Part shown: one piece after another, positions 40,234 to 50,374 of the stretch | Layout: the number at the start of each line of letters is the position of its first letter | How positions within the stretch are numbered: the first letter of the stretch is position 1 | Assembly: GCA_024277755.1 (NCBI GenBank) | Contig: JAJRUN010000002.1 | Span: forward strand, 1 to 54,935 | Direction of reading: 5' to 3' | Source: Gammaproteobacteria bacterium | Lineage (GTDB): Bacteria > Pseudomonadota > Gammaproteobacteria > Tenderiales > Tenderiaceae | DNA length: 54,935 nt | The notes under the pieces: generated by a model | The model's input: only the letters and a program-made list of their open reading frames with translations | The model's database searches: none | Told to the model about the DNA's origin: nothing | Made by a program: the position numbers and the translations under genes

Positions 40234-42405
40234 ATGGATGTCACCCACATTATTGATCAACTCAACGACCCGCAACGCGCCGCGGTCACCGCGCCGCAGG
40301 GCCAGCAACTGGTACTGGCGGGTGCTGGCAGCGGCAAGACCCGCGTGCTGGTGCACCGTATTGCCTGGATCATGGCGGTGGAAAATATCTCGCCCTACAA
40401 CATCATGGCAGTCACCTTTACCAATAAAGCCGCCACTGAGATGAAACACCGCATCGAGGAACTGCTCGGCCAACCCATCGGTGGCATGTGGGTGGGCACC
40501 TTTCATGGTTTGGCACACCGTTTTCTGCGCGCTCACTGGAAAGAAGCGGCGCTGCCGCAAGCCTTCCAGATCCTCGATTCCGACGACCAATATCGCCTGA
40601 TTCGCCGCCTGCTCAAAAACCTGGAGCTGGACGAATCAAAATGGCCACCGCGCCAGGTGCAGTGGTTCATCAGTGCACGCAAGGATGAAGGCCAGCGCCC
40701 GCAACACATTGACCACCTTAATGACCCCCACAGCAAGCAGATGGTGCGCATCTATCAGGCCTACGAAGACCATTGCTGCAAGGCCGGGCTGGTAGACTTT
40801 GCCGAACTGCTGCTGCGCGCCCACGAACTGCTGCGTGATCGCGCCGACATTCTGCATCACTACCGTGAACGATTTCGCTTTGTGCTGGTGGATGAGTTTC
40901 AGGACACCAACACCATCCAGTATGCCTGGCTGCGACTATTGGCCGGGGAGACGGGCAACCTGTTTATCGTCGGCGATGATGACCAGTCTATTTACGGCTG
41001 GCGCGGTGCCAAAATCGAAAACATTCATAAGTTTAACCAGGATTACCCTAGGACAGAGGTGATCAAACTGGAGCAGAACTATCGCTCCACGGCTAACATC
41101 CTCAAGGCTGCCAACACCCTGATCGACAACAACGATGACCGACTGGGCAAGGAGCTGTGGACCGACGGCGAGGAGGGTGAACTGATTCAACTCTACACCG
41201 CCTTCAATGACCTGGACGAAGCCCGCTTCATCGTTGATCGTATCCGTCAATGGGTTAACGATGGCAATGCCCGCCGCGAAGCCGCCATTCTCTATCGTTC
41301 CAATGCCCAGTCACGGGTGCTTGAGGCCGAACTGCTGGCACAGAGCGTCCCGTACCGTATCTACGGTGGCCAGCGCTTCTTCGAACGCTTGGAAATCAAG
41401 AACGCAATGGCCTACCTGCGCCTGATCGCCAACCGCCATGATGACGGCTCGTTTGAACGGGTGGTCAATACGCCGACACGCGGCATCGGTGATCGCAGCA
41501 TGGCCGCAGTACGTGATTTAGCCCGTGAGCGGGCTATCACCCTGTGGCATGCCGCCGAGATCATCATCAGCGAAAAGCGCCTGCCAGCCCGCGCCACCAA
41601 TGCCATCCAGAGCTTCCTCAACCTGATTATCGCCATCACTAATGAAACCCAGACACTGGAACTGGCGCAGCAAACCGACCACATGCTCAACCGCTGCGGC
41701 CTGCTTGATCACTACAAAAAGGACAAAGGTGAAAAAGGCCAGGCCAGAGTAGATAACCTGGAAGAGCTGGTCAGTGCGGCGCGTGAATTCGAATACGATG
41801 AAGAGACCGCAGAGGCCGTGGACATGCTCACTGCCTTCCTTTCTCATGCAGCACTGGAAGCAGGGGAGGGACAAGGTGACCCATGGGAAGATTGCGTGCA
41901 AATGATGACCCTTCACTCAGCCAAGGGACTGGAATTCCCACTGGTATTCCTTTGCGGCATGGAGGAGGGGTTGTTCCCGCACAAGATGTCGATGGAAGAG
42001 CCCGGTCGGCTGGCTGAAGAACGCCGCCTCTGCTACGTTGGCATCACCCGCGCCCGCCAACTGCTCTATATCACCCACGCCGAAGTCAGGCGTCTGCATG
42101 GTCAGGAGCTTTTTTCACTGCCATCCCGCTTTGTCAGTGAAATCCCCGATGAACTGATACATACCGTGCGCCCTAAAGCCAGCGTCAAACGCACCACCCA
42201 ATCAAGCCGTGGTAATGACTCTGAATATACCCTGGCAGCACCAGAAGGTTTTTATATCGGCCAACGAGTGTTGCATCAAAAGTTCGGCCTAGGAGTATTG
42301 CTCAACCATGAAGGGCAGGGCAGTAGCGCCCGTGTACAGGTTAACTTTGATGATGCTGGCAGCAAGTGGCTGGTAATTGCCTATGCCAATCTTTCACCCT
42401 GCTAA
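40234..42405 (+). CDS. uvrD: DNA helicase II
   Basis: LAGAGSGKTRVL, AVTFTNKAA, GTFH, LVDEFQDTN, VGDDDQSIYGWRGA, LEQNYRS, MTLHSAKGLEF, EERRLCYVGITRA, C-terminal Tudor-like domain. Confidence 0.97.
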   Translation: MDVTHIIDQLNDPQRAAVTAPQGQQLVLAGAGSGKTRVLVHRIAWIMAVENISPYNIMAVTFTNKAATEMKHRIEELLGQPIGGMWVGTFHGLAHRFLRAHWKEAALPQAFQILDSDDQYRLIRRLLKNLELDESKWPPRQVQWFISARKDEGQRPQHIDHLNDPHSKQMVRIYQAYEDHCCKAGLVDFAELLLRAHELLRDRADILHHYRERFRFVLVDEFQDTNTIQYAWLRLLAGETGNLFIVGDDDQSIYGWRGAKIENIHKFNQDYPRTEVIKLEQNYRSTANILKAANTLIDNNDDRLGKELWTDGEEGELIQLYTAFNDLDEARFIVDRIRQWVNDGNARREAAILYRSNAQSRVLEAELLAQSVPYRIYGGQRFFERLEIKNAMAYLRLIANRHDDGSFERVVNTPTRGIGDRSMAAVRDLARERAITLWHAAEIIISEKRLPARATNAIQSFLNLIIAITNETQTLELAQQTDHMLNRCGLLDHYKKDKGEKGQARVDNLEELVSAAREFEYDEETAEAVDMLTAFLSHAALEAGEGQGDPWEDCVQMMTLHSAKGLEFPLVFLCGMEEGLFPHKMSMEEPGRLAEERRLCYVGITRARQLLYITHAEVRRLHGQELFSLPSRFVSEIPDELIHTVRPKASVKRTTQSSRGNDSEYTLAAPEGFYIGQRVLHQKFGLGVLLNHEGQGSSARVQVNFDDAGSKWLVIAYANLSPC

Positions 42406-42427
42406 GCAATAAACGAATGCAGTAAAA

Positions 42428-42805
42428 CTATTGCAGCAAGCGTACGACCATTTCAACAAGCTCACTATTTTCAAACGGCTTGGCAATGTAATCTGTCACA
42501 CCCTCATCCGCAGACGAAATCACACTCGGCAAATCGGGTCTTGCGCTCAACATCAAAAATGGCAGCTTAGCAGTTGAAATATTGGCCCGTACTTGCGCCA
42601 AAAGCCCACAACCACTAAGCCGCGGCATATTCCAGTCAGAAATCAACAGGTCATACTCATACTTCTGCAAACACTCCAATGCAGCCTGCCCATCAGAAAC
42701 AATCGTGATATTGGCGCCATTTGTTGGCTTACGTAAAATAGTCTTTACTGCCAACGCAATACTGGCATCATCTTCCGCAATTAAAATATTTTTCTGTTTC
42801 ATCAT
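42428..42805 (-). CDS. Single-domain response regulator (CheY-like)
   Basis: IAEDD, LISDWNMP, MLSAR, IAKPF; receiver residues intact. Confidence 0.9.
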   Translation of the reverse strand: MMKQKNILIAEDDASIALAVKTILRKPTNGANITIVSDGQAALECLQKYEYDLLISDWNMPRLSGCGLLAQVRANISTAKLPFLMLSARPDLPSVISSADEGVTDYIAKPFENSELVEMVVRLLQ

Positions 42806-42820
42806 GACAGCACTCGGTAT

Positions 42821-43201
42821 TTACTGGCGCAACATATCGCATAGCAGCCGCATTAGATTACGTGGACTAAAGGGCTTGACCATGAATTGATCTGCACCAA
42901 CCTCCACAGCCTTTTCCTGATCGGAAACCTGACCATAAGCCGTCAGAATAACAATCTTCATATCATTGAAGCGTGCGTCTGAACGCAGTTTTTCACAGAC
43001 ATCAAAACCAGTCATTCCAGGCATACCCACATCAAGCAAAACCAAATCCGGGCTCAAATAACACGCCTTTTTATATGCCTCTACACCATCAACAGCAATA
43101 ACCGATTCAAAGCCAGCCTTCTCAACCATATAGCAAATTGATTCCCGAATATTTGATTCATCGTCGCATATCAAAATAGTTTTTTTTACATAACCATTCA
43201 T
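42821..43201 (-). CDS. Single-domain response regulator
   Basis: ICDDE, LLDVGMPG, ILTAY, MVKPFSP; 4-nt overlap with the kinase stop. Confidence 0.9.
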   Translation of the reverse strand: MNGYVKKTILICDDESNIRESICYMVEKAGFESVIAVDGVEAYKKACYLSPDLVLLDVGMPGMTGFDVCEKLRSDARFNDMKIVILTAYGQVSDQEKAVEVGADQFMVKPFSPRNLMRLLCDMLRQ

Positions 43202-45123
43202 GCCGTTTTCTCTGAGCCCTCTGCTAAAGGTAGAGTAAAGACAAACCGACTGCCCTTGCCTTGCTCACTCTCCACCCAAATATGACCAGAATAATGCTCA
43301 ACAATATCCTTGCAGATAGCCAGGCCAAGGCCACTACCACCAATTTCACGTGTATCAGAACTATTCACCTGGTGAAAACTTTCAAAAATACTGCCTAGCT
43401 CTTCTTCAGGAACCCCTAACCCGGTATCAGAGACAGAAACCTCAACCTCATTTCCAATTGCAGCCATGGCAACAGTCACGGTACCAGATGCAGTAAACTT
43501 CAAGGCATTGGAGAGCAGATTAACAAACAATTGTTTAAAGCGGTCCACATCAATATTGACCGAAAGTTCACTCTCGGAAAGGGTCATTTCAAACTGCAAC
43601 CCCTTGTCAGAAAATGCCTGAACAAACAGCTCTGCTGACGACATTAATAATTCAGCCACATTAACTCGCCGATCGTTCCAGTCTACCTTGCCCGAATCTA
43701 TTTTCTGCAAATCGAGCAGATCATTTATTAAACGCCCAAGTCGGTCGCTTTCTTCGTTGATAATGGAAAGAAAATGTTTCTGCGAATCAATATCAAGCTC
43801 TTCAATATCATTCTGTAAAATTTCAGCGAATGATTTAATCGATGTCAATGGTGTACGTAATTCGTGAGAAACAACAGAGACAAATTCCGATTTAACTTTA
43901 TTTAAATGCTGTAACTGAAGGTTTGCCTGTTCAAGCTCTGAAGTTCGCAAGCGAACCAGGTCTTCCAGATTATCCATCAGTTGCGCAAGCGAATATGCCT
44001 TTTCTTCCAACTCCTTCTCAACCTTCTTTTGCTCACTAATATCCGTTCTGATCGCTACATACTCGTATGGCACACCGCTCTCATTCATAAATGGCACGAT
44101 GGTAGTATTCACCCAAACCTCTTCACCACATTTTGACTTGTTAAGTATTTCGCCATGCCAGACACCCCCAGCAGAAATTACGTCCCACATGCCCGAAAAA
44201 AAACGACGACTATGAAAGCCGGACTTGATAATGTCATGCTTTTTTCCCAATAATTCGTCACGGCTAAAACCAGTCGCATCAACAAACTTCTGATTGGCAT
44301 AGGTGATACAACCATCAACATCGGTAATACTGACAATCGAGTGTTCATCCATTGCAGACTTCTGCGTATTCAACGCTTTCAAAGTCTTTTTAATTACTGC
44401 ATCCTGTTCAAACAAGTTAACCGACGCCTCGTTCAAAGCAATCCCCAGCTGTTCAATCTCTAGGGAGCGGCTATCAATAGGAATCATTTGGCCATGTTTA
44501 TTTTTTAACTGACCTGCAAAGGTCGCTGCGTCACGCAACATTCTCAACGGCCTACGCATCACCAACTGAATCAAAGCAACCAACATGACGATCATCATAA
44601 GACCATCCATCATATAGTCATACAAGTATTGCTTAGCAATATTTTCTGCTTCAGCCAGGCTATAATTCAAACGCAGCCAGCCAACGACATGAGCACCCTC
44701 AATAGGCTGCCACACCGTTAGCTGACCGGAGACCTGCTTCAGTTGAACATTCACACTTCCAGGAATATCAATCAACTGCTCTTCATAACGCAGCACAGGT
44801 TCACCCGTTTGATCAACAAAAACATCAGCGATCACCCGCCCTTCTACATCAGAAATTTTCACCTGATGCACACCTGGGAAACGCGCCGACCTCAACAACA
44901 ACTGTTCAGTAGAAGAAAAGTCCTGAGTAACAATATGTTCGACACTGGTAACAGCAATATTTTCTGCCAATGCCTGTGCCTGAAGAACAGCCGAATTAAC
45001 CACCCGTATCGCACTTTTATCGGCTTCATGAACCGCAAAGAAAGGGATAATCAGACCAAGCAACAGGCTCACAAGCAGCATTACCTGACGATCAAGCCGT
45101 CGAGGCAACAGTCTCTGCAACAT
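43198..45123 (-). CDS. Membrane sensor histidine kinase (periplasmic domain, HAMP-like, PAS, HisKA, HATPase)
   Basis: Two TM segments, PAS (ITYANQKF..TGFS...MWDVISAGGVWHGEILN), SHELRTPLT, NLLSNALKFT, DTGLG, GSGLGLAI. Confidence 0.92.
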   Translation of the reverse strand: MLQRLLPRRLDRQVMLLVSLLLGLIIPFFAVHEADKSAIRVVNSAVLQAQALAENIAVTSVEHIVTQDFSSTEQLLLRSARFPGVHQVKISDVEGRVIADVFVDQTGEPVLRYEEQLIDIPGSVNVQLKQVSGQLTVWQPIEGAHVVGWLRLNYSLAEAENIAKQYLYDYMMDGLMMIVMLVALIQLVMRRPLRMLRDAATFAGQLKNKHGQMIPIDSRSLEIEQLGIALNEASVNLFEQDAVIKKTLKALNTQKSAMDEHSIVSITDVDGCITYANQKFVDATGFSRDELLGKKHDIIKSGFHSRRFFSGMWDVISAGGVWHGEILNKSKCGEEVWVNTTIVPFMNESGVPYEYVAIRTDISEQKKVEKELEEKAYSLAQLMDNLEDLVRLRTSELEQANLQLQHLNKVKSEFVSVVSHELRTPLTSIKSFAEILQNDIEELDIDSQKHFLSIINEESDRLGRLINDLLDLQKIDSGKVDWNDRRVNVAELLMSSAELFVQAFSDKGLQFEMTLSESELSVNIDVDRFKQLFVNLLSNALKFTASGTVTVAMAAIGNEVEVSVSDTGLGVPEEELGSIFESFHQVNSSDTREIGGSGLGLAICKDIVEHYSGHIWVESEQGKGSRFVFTLPLAEGSEKTA

Positions 45124-45977
45124 CAGAAGCCCTTGTCGAATGGTTTAATCAGCTGCCGAACAACATTGTATTCAGCATCACTGGTCGCATAAAAACCAGT
45201 ATATTTTTTATCCAGCGCCTCGATAATAATTTTATGCTGCTGATTTCTCGAATCCAGATTCAAAAAAGCCTGGCGCATTTTTTCCAGCATTTCCACATCG
45301 ACAAAACCACTTGCAGAAACATTATAAGGAGGCAACTGTGGCGAGGAGTGCAAAATCCTCAAACCTTTTCCTTGCCACTTAAAAGCCGTGGTGTCCTTGA
45401 GAATACCAGCGTCATAAAAACCACGCATAACGGCGCGTGCAATATTATCGTAATGACCAATAAAACTCTGCTTGCCAAGCTGGTCCAAGTTTATTCCCGA
45501 ACCAGCCACGACAGCACGCTGTAACAATGCAGCAGGATCACCAAAAGCAAATGACTTACCAGCAAGATCTTCGATAGTTTTTATCGGGCTATCCTCACGC
45601 ACCACAATCATCAACTGAAACGAGCCTTTACCGCGAGTAACTGTTTTAGCCACCAACTGAGCATCACCCATCTCATGAGCACGTAAATAGGCGACCGGCG
45701 TAAGATAAGCAAGCTGAACTTTTCCATCAGCAACATCAGTAATCGCCTGCTTCATATTCGAAGACAATTTAAGCGCAACAGGTTTCCCTAGCGCCTTACT
45801 CAGATAATCAGTCAACGGACTAAGCCGGCGATGCATAACTGCCGGCGTATCCATCGCGACAGAACCAAATAAAACCCTATCATCAGAGATCTCCGCATGA
45901 CATAACCCGGAAGTCAATCCAGCCAACAGGCCAATCAAAGTCATAATCGATTTTATTGAATACTGATAAACACTCAT
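45123..45977 (-). CDS. PhnD/PtxB-fold periplasmic substrate-binding protein
   Basis: Signal peptide, PLTDYLSKALGKPV, GKVQLAYLTP, IVVREDSPIKTIEDLAGKSFAFGD, GHYDN; stop overlaps the kinase start by 1 nt. Confidence 0.88.
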   Translation of the reverse strand: MSVYQYSIKSIMTLIGLLAGLTSGLCHAEISDDRVLFGSVAMDTPAVMHRRLSPLTDYLSKALGKPVALKLSSNMKQAITDVADGKVQLAYLTPVAYLRAHEMGDAQLVAKTVTRGKGSFQLMIVVREDSPIKTIEDLAGKSFAFGDPAALLQRAVVAGSGINLDQLGKQSFIGHYDNIARAVMRGFYDAGILKDTTAFKWQGKGLRILHSSPQLPPYNVSASGFVDVEMLEKMRQAFLNLDSRNQQHKIIIEALDKKYTGFYATSDAEYNVVRQLIKPFDKGF

Positions 45978-45993
45978 ACTAAAAACCTAGCCT

Positions 45994-46815
45994 TCAAACT
46001 ATTTTTAATGGCAACTCAACGGATAAAACAGTTCCCTTTCCAACATTACTTTCTATCGAAATTCCCCCCTGATAATGAGAAATAATATATCTACTCACAT
46101 ATAAACCGAGCCCTTTTCCCAAAAGAGGAACACCTGTTTTTTTCGAAAAAAAACTTTTCTGTTTTTCATCAGACATACCTATACCTGTATCACTAATAGA
46201 GAAAAACAAACCGTCACCGGAAGTACTGCTTCTCAAATAAAGTTTAATTGATCCTTTGTGAGTAAATGCAAGGGCATTGGAAAGCAGGTTGTAAACAACA
46301 AGTGACAGTCGATCCTTATCAAGCAAAGCACTCAAACTCTCAAGCTCTGTCTCAAAGCTAAAATCCAGCCCTTTTGATTGGCATAAAACAGAAAATGGGC
46401 GAACACACCTTTCAATCACATCAATGACATTCACAACCTCATCATGCCAATGAACAGAATCAGAGCACATATTATGAAACTCAACCACGTTGGATATCAT
46501 ACGACTCAGGCGATCAGCCTCAGAACTAATGATTTTCAAATATTGCTGCCTATCATTATCTGAAATACTTCCACCATCAGACAATAATAATTCTGAAAAC
46601 AACTTCAACCCCGTTAGCGGTGTTTTGAAATCGTGGGCGATTATCGAAACAAAATTCGAATTTTCTTCCGCCAATCGCTTTAAGTCATTACTGGACCTCT
46701 CAAGATTAATTCTGCTTGAATCAAGTTTATCTTCAAGTTCAACAACCTTATCAAGTAACTTTTGATCACTCATCCCAACATTTGACATGTCAGTTGTATT
46801 ACATACCATTTTCAA
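45994..46815 (-). CDS. Soluble sensor-less histidine kinase (short coiled coil, HisKA, HATPase)
   Basis: AHDFKTPLT, YNLLSNALAFT, SDTGIGM, GKGLGL; no TM or input domain. Confidence 0.85.
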   Translation of the reverse strand: MKMVCNTTDMSNVGMSDQKLLDKVVELEDKLDSSRINLERSSNDLKRLAEENSNFVSIIAHDFKTPLTGLKLFSELLLSDGGSISDNDRQQYLKIISSEADRLSRMISNVVEFHNMCSDSVHWHDEVVNVIDVIERCVRPFSVLCQSKGLDFSFETELESLSALLDKDRLSLVVYNLLSNALAFTHKGSIKLYLRSSTSGDGLFFSISDTGIGMSDEKQKSFFSKKTGVPLLGKGLGLYVSRYIISHYQGGISIESNVGKGTVLSVELPLKIV

Positions 46816-46882
46816 TCGTCTCCACCCACCCTACGTTCACGAGGATAAAAGATGTTAAATCATCAACTGACATCCGTTTAAA

Positions 46883-48112
46883 CTATAATACCCGCCTTGC
46901 GGAAGCAACATATTCGTTTGTTTTTTCGATAACAGACATTATCATATCGCTTTTCAGGCCAAGCCTGATTGCCGCCTGTGACGATGTTATTTCCACAGCA
47001 TCTTTACCATCATCACCGCCAAGAATAAGGTTTGCCAGATAAATCACCAACAGTTCGAAACTGATGTTCTCTGAATCAAATGGCGAATGATGAAAATGAA
47101 CTATATCGTAGAATTCATCACCAAAATTCCACGCTCTAATCAACACCGAGCCAAAGTCTGCGTGAAGACTATCCATGATTTCGTCTACAGCTGCCTTATC
47201 AATCTCTGACCAAGTGATTGACAGATCATCAACAATACTGACCAGGAGAAGTTTTCCAACATCATGTAATAAACCTAATAAAAATAATTTATCGGGATTT
47301 GAGTGATTTAACATTATTGCCAGTAATTTTGCACAATAAGCAGTTTCAAGAGAATGCCACCACAGATCTTCAAGAACCTTCTTTAAAATTATATTTTCTG
47401 AAACAAGAACACCTTTATTGGCAAGTGCAACAATATAGTTCTTTGTTTCCGGAAGCCCCAATCGTGTAATGGCCCTTTCAACAGACAGGCAATCTGACGC
47501 ACCACGAACCAAAGGACTATTGGCAATACTAATTAACTTCAGGGCAATTGCTGAGTCCAATTCAACAACCTTGACAATATCTTCAATTGTTACATCACCA
47601 CTTTCAAACAGTTTATTAAAATTTTTCACAACCTTGGGTAACACAGGCAGATTGGTATAACCTTTTTTAAACCTATCAACAACCAGATCAGCCAAACATT
47701 CAGCCTGCACACCACCAAGCAAACCTGCGGTTTCATGCTCAAGCAGGCCTTTGACCTTTAAAACAAACTCCGCCGCTTTAAAAGGCTTAATCAGATAATC
47801 ATCTACACCAGCCTTAGCTGCCACAGCATAGCTATCACGATCACCTCTAGCGGTAAGCATCATAAAAGGGGTTTTTGAAGTATCATTATTTTTTCGCAGA
47901 TCGGAAAGAAGCTCATCACCATTTTTCTTTGGCATATTCCAATCAGAAATAACAAGCTGGTAATCATTGGTTGAGGCCATTTTCCACGCCTCAACTCCAT
48001 TCTTTGCATGATCAACGACATATCCAGGCAGAGCTTTTTTTAAAATCGCCTTGATTGCCATGGCAATATGAATTTCGTCATCTGCAACCAGAATTTTTTT
48101 CACACCACTCAT
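46883..48112 (-). CDS. Response regulator with HDOD output domain
   Basis: REC (VADDE, ISDWNMP, MLTAR, IKPF), then HDOD (LPVLP, DSAIALKLISIANS, AITRLG, WWHS, GLLHDVGK). Confidence 0.9.
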   Translation of the reverse strand: MSGVKKILVADDEIHIAMAIKAILKKALPGYVVDHAKNGVEAWKMASTNDYQLVISDWNMPKKNGDELLSDLRKNNDTSKTPFMMLTARGDRDSYAVAAKAGVDDYLIKPFKAAEFVLKVKGLLEHETAGLLGGVQAECLADLVVDRFKKGYTNLPVLPKVVKNFNKLFESGDVTIEDIVKVVELDSAIALKLISIANSPLVRGASDCLSVERAITRLGLPETKNYIVALANKGVLVSENIILKKVLEDLWWHSLETAYCAKLLAIMLNHSNPDKLFLLGLLHDVGKLLLVSIVDDLSITWSEIDKAAVDEIMDSLHADFGSVLIRAWNFGDEFYDIVHFHHSPFDSENISFELLVIYLANLILGGDDGKDAVEITSSQAAIRLGLKSDMIMSVIEKTNEYVASARRVL

Positions 48113-48121
48113 CCATTAAGC

Positions 48122-50227
48122 CTATAGAACCAAACCAGCCGGCTTCCTGAAAGGCATTTCAATATTAAAAACGGCCCCCTCACCAAGCACACTTTCAACC
48201 CACACTCGCCCATGATAACGATCAACAACGCAACGGGTAATATACAAGCCCAGCCCAGTTCCTTTACCCATATTGGCTGACCCTTGAATCTGCTCAAAAG
48301 GTTGAAATATTTTATCTATCTGTCCCTCATCCATGCCGGAGCCACTATCACAAACAGATAACCTAAAAACCTCACCATCAACCGTTTTCAGTCTATTCAA
48401 TATAACCTTAATAAACCCTTTCTCGGTAAACTTAAGTGAATTTGACAATAAATTATAAACAACCTGTGCCAGCCGGTCTGCATCAATAACCGTGTTAATT
48501 TCATCCTCTTCGCACTCAAACAAAAATTCAAGACCTTTTGACTCAACAGATATTTTAAACGGTTTAATGCAATCTTTTACTACACCAACAACATCAACAT
48601 AGTCATCATTCCACTGCATCTTACCCGCTGATATTTTTTGAAAATCCAGGACATTACTAATCAGTCGGCCAAGACGGTCTGTCTCAGAACTTATGATAGA
48701 GAGGTATTCTTCCTGGGATTGTCTGTCAATATTTTCAAGATCATCCAGCATAATTTCAGAAAACAATTTAATGCCAGTCAACGGTGTTCTAAGGTCGTGT
48801 GAGACAATTGATACAAACTCTGATTTAGCATCACTAAGCTGTTTTAAATCCCTATTAGCCTCCTCCAATTCCGACGTTCTTTCTTTCACCTTTATTTCAA
48901 GGCTTGTGGCAAGATCAAACAATTCGCCATTTAATTTAACCAGGTTTTCTTCTGCCACTTTTACCTCTGTGATATCTGTCAAAGATCCTAGCACCTCTAT
49001 CTGTCCTTTTTTTCTTTCACTCAGCGCCAAAGAATCTTGAATCCAAACATAATCACCATCAGAATTTTTTATCCTATAATCACAAACCATACTCCCGTTT
49101 CTATATAGCTCAGACATCTGCGCATTCAAAAAACGATCATCTTCAATGGCCAGCCTTGCTAACCATTTCCGTTTGTCACCCAAAAGACAACCTGATTCAT
49201 AGCCAATAATTTTTTTTGAATTTTCACTGACAAAGGTCACATCTAAAACAGATCCAGATGAGATACCTGTATAAATTATTGTCGGATTATGATCGAGCGT
49301 ATATTGAAAGTGCGCACGCGTTTTAACTAAATCATCTTCGGTTTTTTCATGCTTATCTATCTCAACCCGGAGTTTCTGGTTGTTTTCCTCTAAAGCTAAA
49401 TGTTGCTCATCAACCTTTTCAAGGCTTCTTTTAAATATCTGCAAGCCACCAGCCAAAGCATCCAGTTCTTTGCCACTTGAAACAACGGGTATATTCACAT
49501 CCTTTTTTCCACTCGAAAGCCTATCAATGACGCCTATCAACGCCCCAATATCATAGGTCAACTTTCTTGACAAAAATATGCTAATAAAAAATGTTCCAAC
49601 AGCCGTAACAGCAAACACAATAATTATTAAGTTAACTACCTCAGTCATGCTCTCAAAATTTTCATCAAGTTCGCCATTAACATCTACACTGACAGCTTTA
49701 AGGCTTTCCTGAAGGGTTACAACCAGATGATTAAAGATACCACTGGCCTCTAGAAGATGTTTCTCAGCCATCGCCGCATCTACTGACGACATCTCGATTG
49801 CATTAATAATAGTCAATTTATAATCTTTGAAATCCTCTGTAACAGCGACATATAAATCCTGCCCATTTTCGATTTCATGTGATAACAAAAGACCATTTAC
49901 CAACAACTCCTCAATACCACTCAGGTGTTCAACCAGGGGCCTCCACAACGCATATATCGTTTCATTGTCTGCCCCATTTTTTGCTATTTTCAACACCTGA
50001 TTCACTTTGACATGTATGTGAGATATACGTGCTGAAACACCGGATAACTGACCAATAACAACCAGGTCATTCTCGGAAATATCTACTAGCCTTTCTTCTT
50101 GCTCACCCATTTTCATAACAAAAAGGGCTAGAATCAACAGCATTGAGATTAGAATAATGACAGGGGAAAATAAGAACTTTCCTCTGAGCGAAGCGGAGTT
50201 TAAATGGTTTATGATTCTGATCAACAC
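48122..50227 (-). CDS. Membrane sensor histidine kinase (four-helix-bundle-like periplasmic domain, HAMP, PAS, HisKA, HATPase)
   Basis: Two TM helices around a helical periplasmic region, HAMP (IDRLSSGKKDVNIP...ELDALA), PAS (DYRIKNSDGDYVWI), SHDLRTPLT, NLLSNSLKFT, GTGLGL. Confidence 0.9.
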   Translation of the reverse strand: MLIRIINHLNSASLRGKFLFSPVIILISMLLILALFVMKMGEQEERLVDISENDLVVIGQLSGVSARISHIHVKVNQVLKIAKNGADNETIYALWRPLVEHLSGIEELLVNGLLLSHEIENGQDLYVAVTEDFKDYKLTIINAIEMSSVDAAMAEKHLLEASGIFNHLVVTLQESLKAVSVDVNGELDENFESMTEVVNLIIIVFAVTAVGTFFISIFLSRKLTYDIGALIGVIDRLSSGKKDVNIPVVSSGKELDALAGGLQIFKRSLEKVDEQHLALEENNQKLRVEIDKHEKTEDDLVKTRAHFQYTLDHNPTIIYTGISSGSVLDVTFVSENSKKIIGYESGCLLGDKRKWLARLAIEDDRFLNAQMSELYRNGSMVCDYRIKNSDGDYVWIQDSLALSERKKGQIEVLGSLTDITEVKVAEENLVKLNGELFDLATSLEIKVKERTSELEEANRDLKQLSDAKSEFVSIVSHDLRTPLTGIKLFSEIMLDDLENIDRQSQEEYLSIISSETDRLGRLISNVLDFQKISAGKMQWNDDYVDVVGVVKDCIKPFKISVESKGLEFLFECEEDEINTVIDADRLAQVVYNLLSNSLKFTEKGFIKVILNRLKTVDGEVFRLSVCDSGSGMDEGQIDKIFQPFEQIQGSANMGKGTGLGLYITRCVVDRYHGRVWVESVLGEGAVFNIEMPFRKPAGLVL

Positions 50228-50374
50228 AGGAATTTGATTTCAGTTTATTAAATGACACAACCGACTCAACAATACAGCTGAGTCATCACAGAACATTTGT
50301 ATGCCGATGTAATCGACTTCAGGTTGAACGCCAGTATTACCGATTCATCTTTCGGCTAATCCCAATTTTCTGGT

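Noticed and set aside
40207-40590. 127-aa minus-strand ORF
   Set aside because: Antisense shadow of the uvrD N-terminus; no independent motif or RBS.
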